Shown here piece after piece: positions 1 to 8,909 of a stretch of DNA of 64,000 bases. How positions within the stretch are numbered: the stretch's first letter is position 1; each line of letters begins with the position of its first letter. The notes beneath the pieces were generated by a model. The model saw nothing but the letters and a program-made list of their open reading frames with translations. It was not told the origin of the DNA and did no database searches. The translations under genes were made by a program, and so were the position numbers. Source of the stretch: a phage; sequence record PX393110.1; one strand, written 5' to 3'.

Positions 1-1675
1 CCAGCTCAGGAGCATGGATGAGGAAGATTGAACTGATGAGATTACTGATGTGCTGACCATCCACATCCAGGTCAGTCATAATGATGACCTTACCGTAGCG
101 TGCTTTATCCAGGTCGAACATAGAACCCATGCCGCAGCCGATAGTGTTAATGATCGCCAGCAGTTCTGGGTTATTCACGAACTCCATAATATCCATGGAA
201 GCCGAGTTACGCATCTTACCACGGAGCGGAAGCACCGACTGATACTCGTTACGCAGTTTGATGATGTTACCCGAAGCAGACGGACCCTCTGTGATGAACA
301 GTTCACGAAGATCCCAGCGGTCAGACGGAGATTCGTAGATCTTCGCCATGTCTCCGTCCATAGCGGCCTTACGATGATCGTCACCCATCACCAGCTTGGA
401 TTTAATGAAGTCCATGTTGGAGAGTTTATTCAGGCTGGCTTTGTAAGCCAGGATCTTGGCAATCAGAGCATCGAAGAACTGCTTATTCTGCTCATAAACC
501 AGGCTGAAGTAGAATGTGAGCTGACTAAGGCATTCTTTCTCATAGAAGAAGTACTCGCCATAATAGTCGTAATCATTGATCTGCTCATCATCCAGCATCA
601 GCTGATTCTTGGCATAGATTTCCCAGTCGCTCCAGGACATACCGAGACCAGTCAGCTTCTCCTTAGTCTGGGAGGAGAATGCAGTACGGTAGCTGGAGAA
701 GACGTTAGTGAACACGATCAGACCCAGCTTAGCATCACCAACAGTGATGGCCGAGTTGATTTTATTCAGCATGCCGCCGAGCGCTCTCGTGACCAATTTC
801 TCATGCAGACCACCATGCGGGTTATTGATCAAGTTGATCATGTCCACGTGGGAGTAAGACATATTCTTATCAGAATAGCCCAGCTCTCCGGAGAATGTCA
901 GACGATCGTTGAACGAGAACTCATACTTAACAGTAGAGTCCAGGAACAGCTTCTCATTTTCGGCAACATCCGCACGGAAGTCCCAGGTAGCCAGAGCTTC
1001 ACCATTTACGGTGATAGTGGCATCTCGACCAATCAGGGAGATCTTCAGAGGAACCGTGTCCACATCAGACCAGATGCTGCGGTACAGAGTAGCATCAGGA
1101 ACCAGGAAGACTGCTGTAGAGAAGTCAGTAGCCTTTAAGGTCTCCAGCACTTCATCCGGAATACCGTCATCGTGAAGATCGTTCAGATCATTGATTACGG
1201 CATCAATCTGCATGATACCACGACGGAAGCCAAGCACGTAGAACTGACCAGGCTCCATAGGGATGTGTGCCTTATCACCCTGCATAACACGGCGAATCAC
1301 GATAAAGCGCTCAGACACTGCGTTAACAGCAGAGCTACCTACACCGTGAGTACCGGAAGTGATTTCGCGGTTATCACCCAGCTTGGAACCTGCGTGAAGA
1401 TCTGTTACAGTAGAGAACAGGATTGACTTAGTCGGATCTTCCGGATCAGCGTAGATAGGAATGCCGCGACCGTTGTCGGTAACCAATTTATAGGATTCAC
1501 GGTTAATGATCTGCACCAGGTTGGCATGACCATTAAGCAGCTCATCCTCCGCGTTATTGATTATTTCCTGGAGAGGATGAGTGTAGTTAATCGGGTCGCC
1601 CAGATACATCGACACGTTCTGACGAACGTTATCAGGGTAACGCAATCTTGTGATTTCAATAGCATGTTCTGACAT
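1..1675 (-). CDS. DNA topoisomerase II ATPase/Toprim subunit (GyrB / T4 gp39-like); 3' end lies outside the window
   Basis: Minus-strand ORF open to the window edge, so absent from the ORF track. ATG at 1675-1673 preceded by GGAGAA. Translation MSEHAIEITRLRYPDNVRQNVSMYLGDPINYTHPLQEII... verified by hand at both ends; contains DNGRGIP (GHKL ATPase), EGPSASG (Toprim), PLRGKMRN and IMTDLDVDGQHI motifs. Confidence 0.8.
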   Translation of the reverse strand, partial: MSEHAIEITRLRYPDNVRQNVSMYLGDPINYTHPLQEIINNAEDELLNGHANLVQIINRESYKLVTDNGRGIPIYADPEDPTKSILFSTVTDLHAGSKLGDNREITSGTHGVGSSAVNAVSERFIVIRRVMQGDKAHIPMEPGQFYVLGFRRGIMQIDAVINDLNDLHDDGIPDEVLETLKATDFSTAVFLVPDATLYRSIWSDVDTVPLKISLIGRDATITVNGEALATWDFRADVAENEKLFLDSTVKYEFSFNDRLTFSGELGYSDKNMSYSHVDMINLINNPHGGLHEKLVTRALGGMLNKINSAITVGDAKLGLIVFTNVFSSYRTAFSSQTKEKLTGLGMSWSDWEIYAKNQLMLDDEQINDYDYYGEYFFYEKECLSQLTFYFSLVYEQNKQFFDALIAKILAYKASLNKLSNMDFIKSKLVMGDDHRKAAMDGDMAKIYESPSDRWDLRELFITEGPSASGNIIKLRNEYQSVLPLRGKMRNSASMDIMEFVNNPELLAIINTIGCGMGSMFDLDKARYGKVIIMTDLDVDGQHISNLISSIFLIHAPEL

Positions 1676-1710
1676 AGTTTCTCCGGTCAGGTTTAAATAA
1701 GCTCGCACAG

Positions 1711-1742
1711 TTTAACAGCCTTTGGAGGGCTCAAAGGAGCGG
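1711..1742 (-). promoter_or_regulatory. Conserved promoter-like motif, copy 1 (TTTAACAGCC...AAAGGAGCGG on plus strand)
   Basis: About 35 nt upstream of the topoisomerase ATG at 1675; on the minus strand reads TGTTAAACT, an extended -10-like element. Confidence 0.5.
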
Positions 1743-1994
1743 TTCTGGAAGAGCGTACCAACCAGACAGCTCAAAGAACTCATCCAGAGTTCCATTAAAG
1801 AAGGAGTCCAACTCCTTAGCCATTTCCCTGGCGAAGCGACCAGATTCGGTCGACATAACCACACGAGCTTCCTTCATGGGCTCCTTAACCACTTCGTACT
1901 GATCCTGGTTAGGGTAATATACAATGGCGCATTTCAGGTTTACCGACATAACCACCACCGTATTGAATTTAGTGACTTCGAGAAGCTTAACCAT
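1731..1994 (-). CDS. hypothetical protein (87 aa)
   Basis: ORF track; co-oriented with neighbours, abuts the next ORF; no recognisable motif. Confidence 0.4.
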   Translation of the reverse strand: MVKLLEVTKFNTVVVMSVNLKCAIVYYPNQDQYEVVKEPMKEARVVMSTESGRFAREMAKELDSFFNGTLDEFFELSGWYALPEPLL

Positions 1995-2236
1995 TATGCA
2001 GCTTCCCCTGTGACTTTCAGGAACTCGGCCACTTCTTCTGCATCAAATTTGCAGGAAAACTTAGCGCATTCCATAACCGCTTCGAACAGGGTATTGAAGC
2101 TGGAGTCATAACCACCGATTTGGCTAGAGAAGTGAACATTGAACTTTGTATCGAGGCCTGGGGTGTGCTGAATTTCAGCAGAGTTAGCGATTGCAACCAG
2201 AACAGCACCACCACGTGAACTTTTGATTATAGCCAT
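1994..2236 (-). CDS. hypothetical protein (80 aa)
   Basis: ORF track; co-oriented; start/stop overlap with the downstream ORF at 1994. Confidence 0.4.
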   Translation of the reverse strand: MAIIKSSRGGAVLVAIANSAEIQHTPGLDTKFNVHFSSQIGGYDSSFNTLFEAVMECAKFSCKFDAEEVAEFLKVTGEAA

Positions 2237-2354
2237 GATTTTATCCCAAATTAGAAGAGCCGCAGCGGGAACGCCCCGCCACCCAAAAGAACGGGCTTAA
2301 AGACGGCTCATAAATCGTTTTATTTTTCATTATTTGAAAAATAAAATAATCTAC

Positions 2355-2378
2355 ACAAAAATGGGGTCCGAAGACCCC
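2355..2378 (-). terminator. Rho-independent terminator (GGGGTC-loop-GACCCC with T-run on minus strand)
   Basis: Perfect 6-bp GC-rich stem 2363-2368/2373-2378 with a 4-nt loop, followed on the minus strand by ATTTTTG; lies directly 3' of the 921-aa gene. Confidence 0.6.
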
Positions 2379-2384
2379 ATCTAA

Positions 2385-5150
2385 CTACTCTTCCATAAAC
2401 GTAGTTACGTTATTGGAAAGGTAGGCACCGATTTTAGTATTATATCTCTGGAACGTAGGTACATGAGTAACCAGGATGATGTGATTAACCGGAATGTCCT
2501 GGAGAGCATCGATAGCTATGTCCAGAGTATTCACATCCAGATTCTTCAACGACTCATCCAGAATCAGGCATCCAGCACCTTTACTAAGGCTAATCAGCTT
2601 ACCGATGAACAGTACGTCCACCAGGTTCTGCTGACCACCAGAGAGATCAGAATACGGAATCAGGAACTCACCGACTTTGTATTGAACATCAAAGTCAATC
2701 TTGATATTTCCATTAGCCTGTTCACGAACGGTAGAGATGACCATATCACCACCAGTCATCATCGCAGCCACTTCCTTAAAGATAGAAGCAGTTACGTCAC
2801 CGCTATTAGTGAACAGATTCTGATACTCCACCAGCTTCTGATACTTAGGCTGAAGAGTAGCCAGCTCAGAGTTAGCCTTATCCAGCTTCGTCTGAGCATC
2901 GTCCATACGAGACTTAAGACTACGAAGAGTAGCCATAGCTCCGATAGTGGAGTTAATCTCGATAAGCTCTTGTTCCAGCTTAGCGACTTCCTCTTCCAGA
3001 ACTTGCACGGAGGAATAGGACTTAGTCTTATTCTTAAGCACTTCCACATCGCTATTGACGGTATGAATCTTCTGGCGAAGAGTGGCCACATCGTTTAGCA
3101 GACCGGACTTACGACGGAGTTCGACTAATTCGTTATTCTTAAGAGCCAGCTTCTGTCGGATTTCATCAGACTTAGGAGCCTTACTTATCTCAGCTTCCAC
3201 AGCATCCAACTTAGACACAGATACAGATCCCTGTGTCTCGAGCTCATCCATCTTACTTCTGATAGAGCTCTGTACCTGCTTAATGTCCTCTTCCTTAAGA
3301 GACTGTTTACAGGTAGGACAGGTAGTGGGAATATTCCGCATTTCTGTCTCTAACTTAGTCAACTCCTGTTCCAGACGAGTCAACTCCTTAGTTAGAGATT
3401 CGCTCTGGTTATGGAGCGAACGAATATTCCCTTCTACTTCCGACACTTCGGCATCTAGCAGAGTAATTTCGCCACGGACATTAGCGAGTGCGGAGTTAAC
3501 CTCTTCTTCGCTAAAGTCTATATTGAACGCAGCCAGCGAGTCTTCCAACATCTGAAGACTCTGTAGCTTACTATCCAAATTACCCAGCTCCCGGATCTTC
3601 TGACGAATATCATCAATCTGAGGAAGGATTCGGGATTTAGCCTCTTCCAGATCACTTACGTCCTTGAGTCTGGAGAAATCGTGATCCTCCATCGTCTTAA
3701 GGACTTCTTCCTGAGCAGTAACCTGAGTCTGGAGATTACCGATCTCTACCTTACAGTTCTTAGCCGAGGCCTTTGCGACAGCTTCGTACTGGTTAATTAC
3801 GGTAAGACCAAGCATCTTCGTTATCAGGTTGATACGCTCGTTGAATCCGAACTGGCTAAGGAACGGAGGACTGTTCTGGGAGCGGTACAGAAGATCGAAG
3901 TGTTCGAGGAATGGCAGCATCTCCCAGAGCTTAGCTTCACGCTCACGAATACTTCCGCCATCCATCTCATCGCCATCAATCCAGACTCGGAACGTCTGAC
4001 CACCAGCCCAATGGCGACTGATCAGGAATTCACGACCACCATACTCCAGCATCACTTCTACCAGAAGATGGTCCTGACCGAGTCTCACCACGTTACGAGG
4101 ACTGTCGCTACCAGTTAAGCAGTAGTTCAGAGCTCGTAACAGCGAGGATTTACCATTACCGGTTTCGCCGTAGAGATAAGTCAGACCTTTCTTAAAGTCC
4201 AGCTCCAACTTATCGATGCTACGGAAGTTCTCTACCTTAATGCTATTTAAGGTAAAGTTGAGGTCGAATACCGACTCGGAACGATCAACGTGGGTAGACA
4301 TCTCATCATGGATATCTTTAAGACCTTTAGCCCGAACGACTTTATCGATAACTTCTTCGACATCAATAGACTTAACCGAGATGCGTGAAGCATCCATCAT
4401 CTGAGCTCGTTCACGAACTACCAGATGTGGGTAATTGTCCAATCCGACAGGAACCTCATCTTCCCAGTACATCTTTAAGTACTTAAAGGAATCAGACTCT
4501 ACCGGAACCCGCTGCCAGGAAAGATCTTTGAGATCCAGCAGTACCAGACTGCCTTCCTGACTATCACCCATCCCATGAGGAATAGGCACGTTCACCGAGT
4601 GAGTATGACCGATGCTGATAGGACGGTGGATGTCACCCGCAAATCCCAGATCGTACTTAGTATCGTCGAACTCCTGACCGAACATCGAGGACAGGGTAAT
4701 ATGGCCGATTAGGACATCTACTTTATCCTGGATGAAGCTAAAGTCCTGAGTCGGACGCCAGTCGCTGAAGGCGACCTTACGGCCACCTAAGTTCAGGATC
4801 TTACCATCGACATACTCCGCCTTACCAGCCAGGATCGGCACCAGCGAGTTCTGATAGTGATCAGCATCTACCGATTTGGAGTTAATGTCGTGGTTACCCA
4901 GAATGTAGTAAATCTCGGAGAACTGCTCACCGAGGATGTCCATAAACTGGGAAGTAGCATGTGCAATCTTAGGCTCGTGCTGAGCCTTATGCACCAAGTC
5001 GCCAGCGATAGATAGGCAAGTAACTTTATGTTCCTTACCCATCTCCACCATACGATGAGCCAATCTGATAAACTGCTTTAGCCGAAACCCTTCCGAGTTA
5101 TGTTGCTGAAACTCATGAATATGAATATCAGCAGCAATTAACATTTTCAT
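2385..5150 (-). CDS. Fused Mre11/SbcD-like nuclease and Rad50/SbcC-like ATPase (single 921-aa polypeptide)
   Basis: N-terminal calcineurin-like phosphoesterase motifs (DIHIHE, GDLVH, GNHD, GDIHRP, GHTH); then Walker A GETGNGKSS, a long heptad-rich region with a CPTC zinc-hook, ABC signature LSGGQQ, Walker B CLILDE and H-loop VTHV. RBS GGAG before the ATG at 5150. Confidence 0.75.
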   Translation of the reverse strand: MKMLIAADIHIHEFQQHNSEGFRLKQFIRLAHRMVEMGKEHKVTCLSIAGDLVHKAQHEPKIAHATSQFMDILGEQFSEIYYILGNHDINSKSVDADHYQNSLVPILAGKAEYVDGKILNLGGRKVAFSDWRPTQDFSFIQDKVDVLIGHITLSSMFGQEFDDTKYDLGFAGDIHRPISIGHTHSVNVPIPHGMGDSQEGSLVLLDLKDLSWQRVPVESDSFKYLKMYWEDEVPVGLDNYPHLVVRERAQMMDASRISVKSIDVEEVIDKVVRAKGLKDIHDEMSTHVDRSESVFDLNFTLNSIKVENFRSIDKLELDFKKGLTYLYGETGNGKSSLLRALNYCLTGSDSPRNVVRLGQDHLLVEVMLEYGGREFLISRHWAGGQTFRVWIDGDEMDGGSIREREAKLWEMLPFLEHFDLLYRSQNSPPFLSQFGFNERINLITKMLGLTVINQYEAVAKASAKNCKVEIGNLQTQVTAQEEVLKTMEDHDFSRLKDVSDLEEAKSRILPQIDDIRQKIRELGNLDSKLQSLQMLEDSLAAFNIDFSEEEVNSALANVRGEITLLDAEVSEVEGNIRSLHNQSESLTKELTRLEQELTKLETEMRNIPTTCPTCKQSLKEEDIKQVQSSIRSKMDELETQGSVSVSKLDAVEAEISKAPKSDEIRQKLALKNNELVELRRKSGLLNDVATLRQKIHTVNSDVEVLKNKTKSYSSVQVLEEEVAKLEQELIEINSTIGAMATLRSLKSRMDDAQTKLDKANSELATLQPKYQKLVEYQNLFTNSGDVTASIFKEVAAMMTGGDMVISTVREQANGNIKIDFDVQYKVGEFLIPYSDLSGGQQNLVDVLFIGKLISLSKGAGCLILDESLKNLDVNTLDIAIDALQDIPVNHIILVTHVPTFQRYNTKIGAYLSNNVTTFMEE

Positions 5151-6004
5151 GCCGACTCCAGTATCTTAGCCGTAACGCATCTGTTGTACTTACCCAGTAC
5201 ACCATGGAAATACGGAGGAAATCTGTGACCTGGACAGAACTCTTCCAGAGTCGGTAAGATACGCTGTTGCATCTGTACCTTAGACTCCTGCTCCTTAATG
5301 ATGTTGTGGACTTCGGTATCAGTCAGAATCCTGTCGAGTCGCATTAGCTCCATATTGGAACGAACACGGAACTCTACCGATTGGCTTAGCGAACCATCTT
5401 TGTAAGCGTTAATCGCTTCCTTAACAGTCTTCAAGCCAGTAGCCACTCCTGGAATGTTGTCGGAGCCGTCCCCGACGATGGCTTTGTAGATGAGGTAATC
5501 CTTATGATCATCCAGATCGTAGGTCTTCATCAACCAGGGAAGATCTACTAAACCATCATCCGGATTCAGGACACAAGTATTCTCATTAATGGATAAGTAC
5601 CAGTCTCGGTCTCGTGAGTGTAACATGACCGGACGACCAGAATGAGCATAGTAGTAGCCTAAATCATCGGCTTCCACACCAGACACCTGGATACATTTAA
5701 TACCCAGCGACGGGAAGATCTGCTCGTGAAGAACATTCATAGCAGCCCACAATGCTTCGAAACTCTCGTCGTACTCACGATTGGCCTTATACTCTGGATT
5801 CTTATCCTTAGGTCTGTATCGCCACTTACCCCGATCGTACAGCATGATTAGTTCGGAGCTATATCCGTCTTCCTTAATCAACTTCGCTACACTACCGATA
5901 GTAGAGGCGACTGTAGGACCTAAATCCTGAGACTTACCGGCTGCGAACCAGTTACGAAGCGTCAACCACTGACAATCGACTGGTATTAACGGTATATCAT
6001 TCAT
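5147..6004 (-). CDS. 5'-3' exonuclease / flap endonuclease (RNase H-like, FEN family)
   Basis: GVEADDLGYY and GDGSDNIPGV motifs typical of Pol I-type 5' nucleases (T4 RNase H / T5 D15 class). Confidence 0.75.
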   Translation of the reverse strand: MNDIPLIPVDCQWLTLRNWFAAGKSQDLGPTVASTIGSVAKLIKEDGYSSELIMLYDRGKWRYRPKDKNPEYKANREYDESFEALWAAMNVLHEQIFPSLGIKCIQVSGVEADDLGYYYAHSGRPVMLHSRDRDWYLSINENTCVLNPDDGLVDLPWLMKTYDLDDHKDYLIYKAIVGDGSDNIPGVATGLKTVKEAINAYKDGSLSQSVEFRVRSNMELMRLDRILTDTEVHNIIKEQESKVQMQQRILPTLEEFCPGHRFPPYFHGVLGKYNRCVTAKILESA

Positions 6005-6020
6005 AGTCTACCTAGAGCGT

Positions 6021-6047
6021 CAAAAATAAAGGGACCGAAGTCCCTTT
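6021..6047 (-). terminator. Rho-independent terminator (AAAGGGAC-loop-GTCCCTTT)
   Basis: Hairpin 6028-6047 with a 4-nt loop; T-run on the minus strand; directly 3' of the 6061-7095 gene. Confidence 0.6.
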
Positions 6048-6060
6048 ATTAGTTAATTAA

Positions 6061-7095
6061 TTATTTACGGAATTTGGCGAAGCGAGAGGCAGCACCACCT
6101 TCTTCTTTGTCTTCGTCAGACTTATCGTCGCCGGCATCTTCAGTTTTATCTTCAGATTTGGCGTCAGATTTGTCGTCAGCAGCGTCTTCTTTAGACTCGC
6201 CTTTATCTTCAGACTTATCTTCGGCAGAGCTCGCGTCGGACTTAACATCAGACTTAGCGTCAGATTTGTCGTCGGCTTTCTGATCACCGGACTCTTCCTT
6301 AGATTCTTCGGCCTTAGCCTCTTCTTCAGCTTTAAGCTCTTCGAAGCCATCTTCGCCAACCAGCGGCAGACCTTTAGCCTTACGCTGGGAACGAATTTCG
6401 TCCAGATCTTTACGGACACGCTTGACCAGACCTACGTATTTGTCTTTGTCGAAGCCTTCACGGATGTACGCCTGAGCCAGCGGCTGGTAGGTCTGATCTG
6501 CAACTACCGGATCAGCTTTGCTGAACAGCGGAGTGAAGGTTACAGAACCCTGATTACCACGTACTACGGTAATCTTAACCGGAGAGCCTTTGATGTCTTT
6601 ATCCAGCATACCTTCCAGAACTTCCGGAGAGTCTTCCGCCAGCGCCGTAATGAAGTCGGTCAGTGCGTTAGCCACCTTACCGTTACCGATCACCGCATAC
6701 AGAGTATTCGGCTTCCAGTTATCAGACGGAGTGTCGGTTTTCTGCAGGAAGAAGTAGAACAGGATGTTGTACTTCAGACCGTATTTCCAGTGATTGTATT
6801 CGTTCAGCTCGTCGAGCATGTCATCCAGCTCGGCATAGTTGAAGTTTTCCGGCAGATCTTCACAGTCGGACGGAGTCTGAATACCATAGCTGAAGTAACC
6901 GTGAGTACGGACTTCACGATACAGGTTACCGACGGGGTCAGTTATGATACGACCCTGATGGCTACCTTCCGGAAGGAAAGTCGCGTTAGGGAAGTTACCG
7001 GTACCACCGGATTTCTCTTTACGCTCTTTCATTTTACCTGCGAGGGCTTTGATACCAGCTACGTCTAACTTCTTAACTTGAACTTGTTCAGTCAT
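6061..7095 (-). CDS. Putative ssDNA-binding protein with a long acidic K/D/S/E low-complexity C-terminal tail
   Basis: 344 aa; position between nuclease and helicase genes; C-terminal 90 aa is a repetitive KSD/KSE acidic tract like SSB tails. No zinc-binding motif seen, so function is inferred. Confidence 0.35.
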   Translation of the reverse strand: MTEQVQVKKLDVAGIKALAGKMKERKEKSGGTGNFPNATFLPEGSHQGRIITDPVGNLYREVRTHGYFSYGIQTPSDCEDLPENFNYAELDDMLDELNEYNHWKYGLKYNILFYFFLQKTDTPSDNWKPNTLYAVIGNGKVANALTDFITALAEDSPEVLEGMLDKDIKGSPVKITVVRGNQGSVTFTPLFSKADPVVADQTYQPLAQAYIREGFDKDKYVGLVKRVRKDLDEIRSQRKAKGLPLVGEDGFEELKAEEEAKAEESKEESGDQKADDKSDAKSDVKSDASSAEDKSEDKGESKEDAADDKSDAKSEDKTEDAGDDKSDEDKEEGGAASRFAKFRK

Positions 7096-7154
7096 CTTTG
7101 TGATCTCTATTTAAACAATGTTTTAACAATCTTAATCAGAGTTGCCCTCTGACA

Positions 7155-7187
7155 CCTTAACAGCCTTTCGACCCTCCAAAAGAGCGG
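7155..7187 (-). promoter_or_regulatory. Conserved promoter-like motif, copy 2
   Basis: CCTTAACAGCCTTTCGA...AAAAGAGCGG; intergenic, about 60 nt upstream of the ATG at 7095. Confidence 0.5.
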
Positions 7188-7191
7188 CGGA

Positions 7192-8232
7192 CTACACCTT
7201 ACGCAGTCGGTCTATCATTTTAGCCCGATGCTGCTCTTCTGTATTGATGATCGAGTACATACGAACCAATACTGACGGATCATTATCTACTCGGTTGGCT
7301 AACTTATCCAGAGCACCTAAGTAGATACTGGTCTCTTCCTTGATTACCTTACGAACTGAGTCAGCAAAGGTAAATCCAATACTGTCTGGGTTGAACGTAA
7401 TACCGTCCAGCATCACAGCCAGCATCACATTGTCCTGGAAGATGTCCGATTTAATAGAATCCAGTACACTATTCTTGCGGACTGTTTCCAATATCGAGAC
7501 GACCTTAGACACCTTCGGGAACCCTTTCCGGCCATTCAGTAGTTCCAGGAAGGTAAAGAATTTGCCTATGTCTTTGATAGATGTAAGCAGCAGGAATAGT
7601 TCAGGATGGTGCTCTGCCAGAATCGACAGGAACATCATCTTCTCTGTATTCGTCTTAGGAATCAGATCCTGTATCGCTTTAATATCTACGTCGGTCACGA
7701 TTGCTCCCATATGTTCGAGTATACGAGTCACGATGATCCTGTCTGTCAGATCAAGATGCTCGACCATAACCACTCCCCAGTCTAAATATAGCTGGATGAT
7801 AGGTTTGAATCGGTTAGGGAGGAACTGATTCCAAAGATTAACATAGCGATGGACAGCCACTTCCTGTCTAACGCTGTAACTATTGCCTAACTCCAGAGCC
7901 TTGTAAAAATCTGAGTTCTCGGCTAATTCGGGTTCTAGCATGTCGATCGATACTTGCTTTACTTCTTTCTTAATTATCGACTCGAGATGATCCCGTGTAA
8001 CTTCTTCTGTGGTAGTGAGCAGCATGTAGGTTAAGCTGGTCACTGCAGAAGATAATGCCTCTTCGGTCTGTCCTCTGAATTTATAATAGGTACACACCCG
8101 TCGGACTATGGCTAGTGATAAGGTGAATAGGGTACGAGAATCCCTCTTCACAGAATTGATCTCCCTATTCACCAATTCAACTAGCTTTTCGACGGTAGCG
8201 TTCTCGAGGATCTCTACCATCTCTTTTATCAT
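7192..8232 (-). CDS. hypothetical protein (346 aa), replication-module context
   Basis: ORF track; RBS GGAAGA; no diagnostic motif recognised. Confidence 0.5.
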   Translation of the reverse strand: MIKEMVEILENATVEKLVELVNREINSVKRDSRTLFTLSLAIVRRVCTYYKFRGQTEEALSSAVTSLTYMLLTTTEEVTRDHLESIIKKEVKQVSIDMLEPELAENSDFYKALELGNSYSVRQEVAVHRYVNLWNQFLPNRFKPIIQLYLDWGVVMVEHLDLTDRIIVTRILEHMGAIVTDVDIKAIQDLIPKTNTEKMMFLSILAEHHPELFLLLTSIKDIGKFFTFLELLNGRKGFPKVSKVVSILETVRKNSVLDSIKSDIFQDNVMLAVMLDGITFNPDSIGFTFADSVRKVIKEETSIYLGALDKLANRVDNDPSVLVRMYSIINTEEQHRAKMIDRLRKV

Positions 8233-8456
8233 TTAAATATCTTCCTCAGACCAGCATCCGGATCACCCTCATCCACGAAATCCTGCTTAATGCTAACTGC
8301 ATCGTTGATAGATATTTTGAACTCCTCGTCGGAAACACGAGTAATAGTTCCGTATTTACTCTCTATGGAGTTGCCTGGACTTATGGAACTCAGCACCATA
8401 AATACCATGGCTTCGTTGGGTAGGGTACCTACGATATCGGACAGCTTTACACTCAT
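8229..8456 (-). CDS. hypothetical protein (75 aa)
   Basis: ORF track; overlaps downstream gene by 4 nt; N-terminus MSVKLSDIVG resembles the N-terminus of the helicase at 11818. Confidence 0.4.
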   Translation of the reverse strand: MSVKLSDIVGTLPNEAMVFMVLSSISPGNSIESKYGTITRVSDEEFKISINDAVSIKQDFVDEGDPDAGLRKIFK

Positions 8457-8459
8457 ACA

Positions 8460-8909
8460 TTACCCCATACTTGATAAAGAGATAGACTTTTCGTCTAGTT
8501 CGCATACCTCCGTGATTAAAATCAGGTATTCGTAATTATCTTTATCATTGATTAGTTTATCCATATTCAAGGTGATCGTGAATCGATCATCTATGCTAAT
8601 AGCTTCCTTGACCGCATCTTCCACTGCTTTAATCAGGTTAGATACATCGCGAGTCCAGAATGATTGGCTGAACGAGAATATCATGCGGATATTCAACATC
8701 ACGGACTTACCTTTATATGGCAGAAATGCTTCTCTAGCTCCCTGCATATCTAAGGAGGATTTCACCCACTCCTTAAAGTCCTTGATGCTAGGGTCGAGAT
8801 AGACCCACGATCTTCCTCCACGAGCCCTCCCGACTTTATACATTTCGTTCACGGAGGGGAAATTCCCTCCGTATTGCAGAATGTAGTTATGAGTTCCTAA
8901 TACTTCCAT
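8460..8909 (-). CDS. Possible RusA-like Holliday junction resolvase
   Basis: 149 aa; NEMYK and RDVSNLIKAVEDAVKEA...IDDRF segments resemble RusA catalytic-region motifs, but the D-x-D is D-x-S here. Strong RBS GGAGGAA. Confidence 0.4.
   Translation of the reverse strand: MEVLGTHNYILQYGGNFPSVNEMYKVGRARGGRSWVYLDPSIKDFKEWVKSSLDMQGAREAFLPYKGKSVMLNIRMIFSFSQSFWTRDVSNLIKAVEDAVKEAISIDDRFTITLNMDKLINDKDNYEYLILITEVCELDEKSISLSSMG

Noticed and set aside
50-1138. 362-aa plus-strand ORF at the left edge
   Set aside because: It is antisense to the topoisomerase II gene, whose motifs (DNGRGIP, PLRGK, DVDG) read cleanly on the minus strand; the plus-strand product is low-complexity with no RBS.
2463-4404. Several plus-strand ORFs (211, 157, 145, 62 aa) within the SbcCD-like gene
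   Set aside because: Antisense shadow ORFs inside a well-supported minus-strand gene; Ser/Leu-rich composition typical of non-coding frames.
6074-6283. 69-aa Ser/Leu/Asp repeat ORF on the plus strand
   Set aside because: Mirror image of the acidic repeat tail of the minus-strand gene; an artefact of the repetitive sequence.
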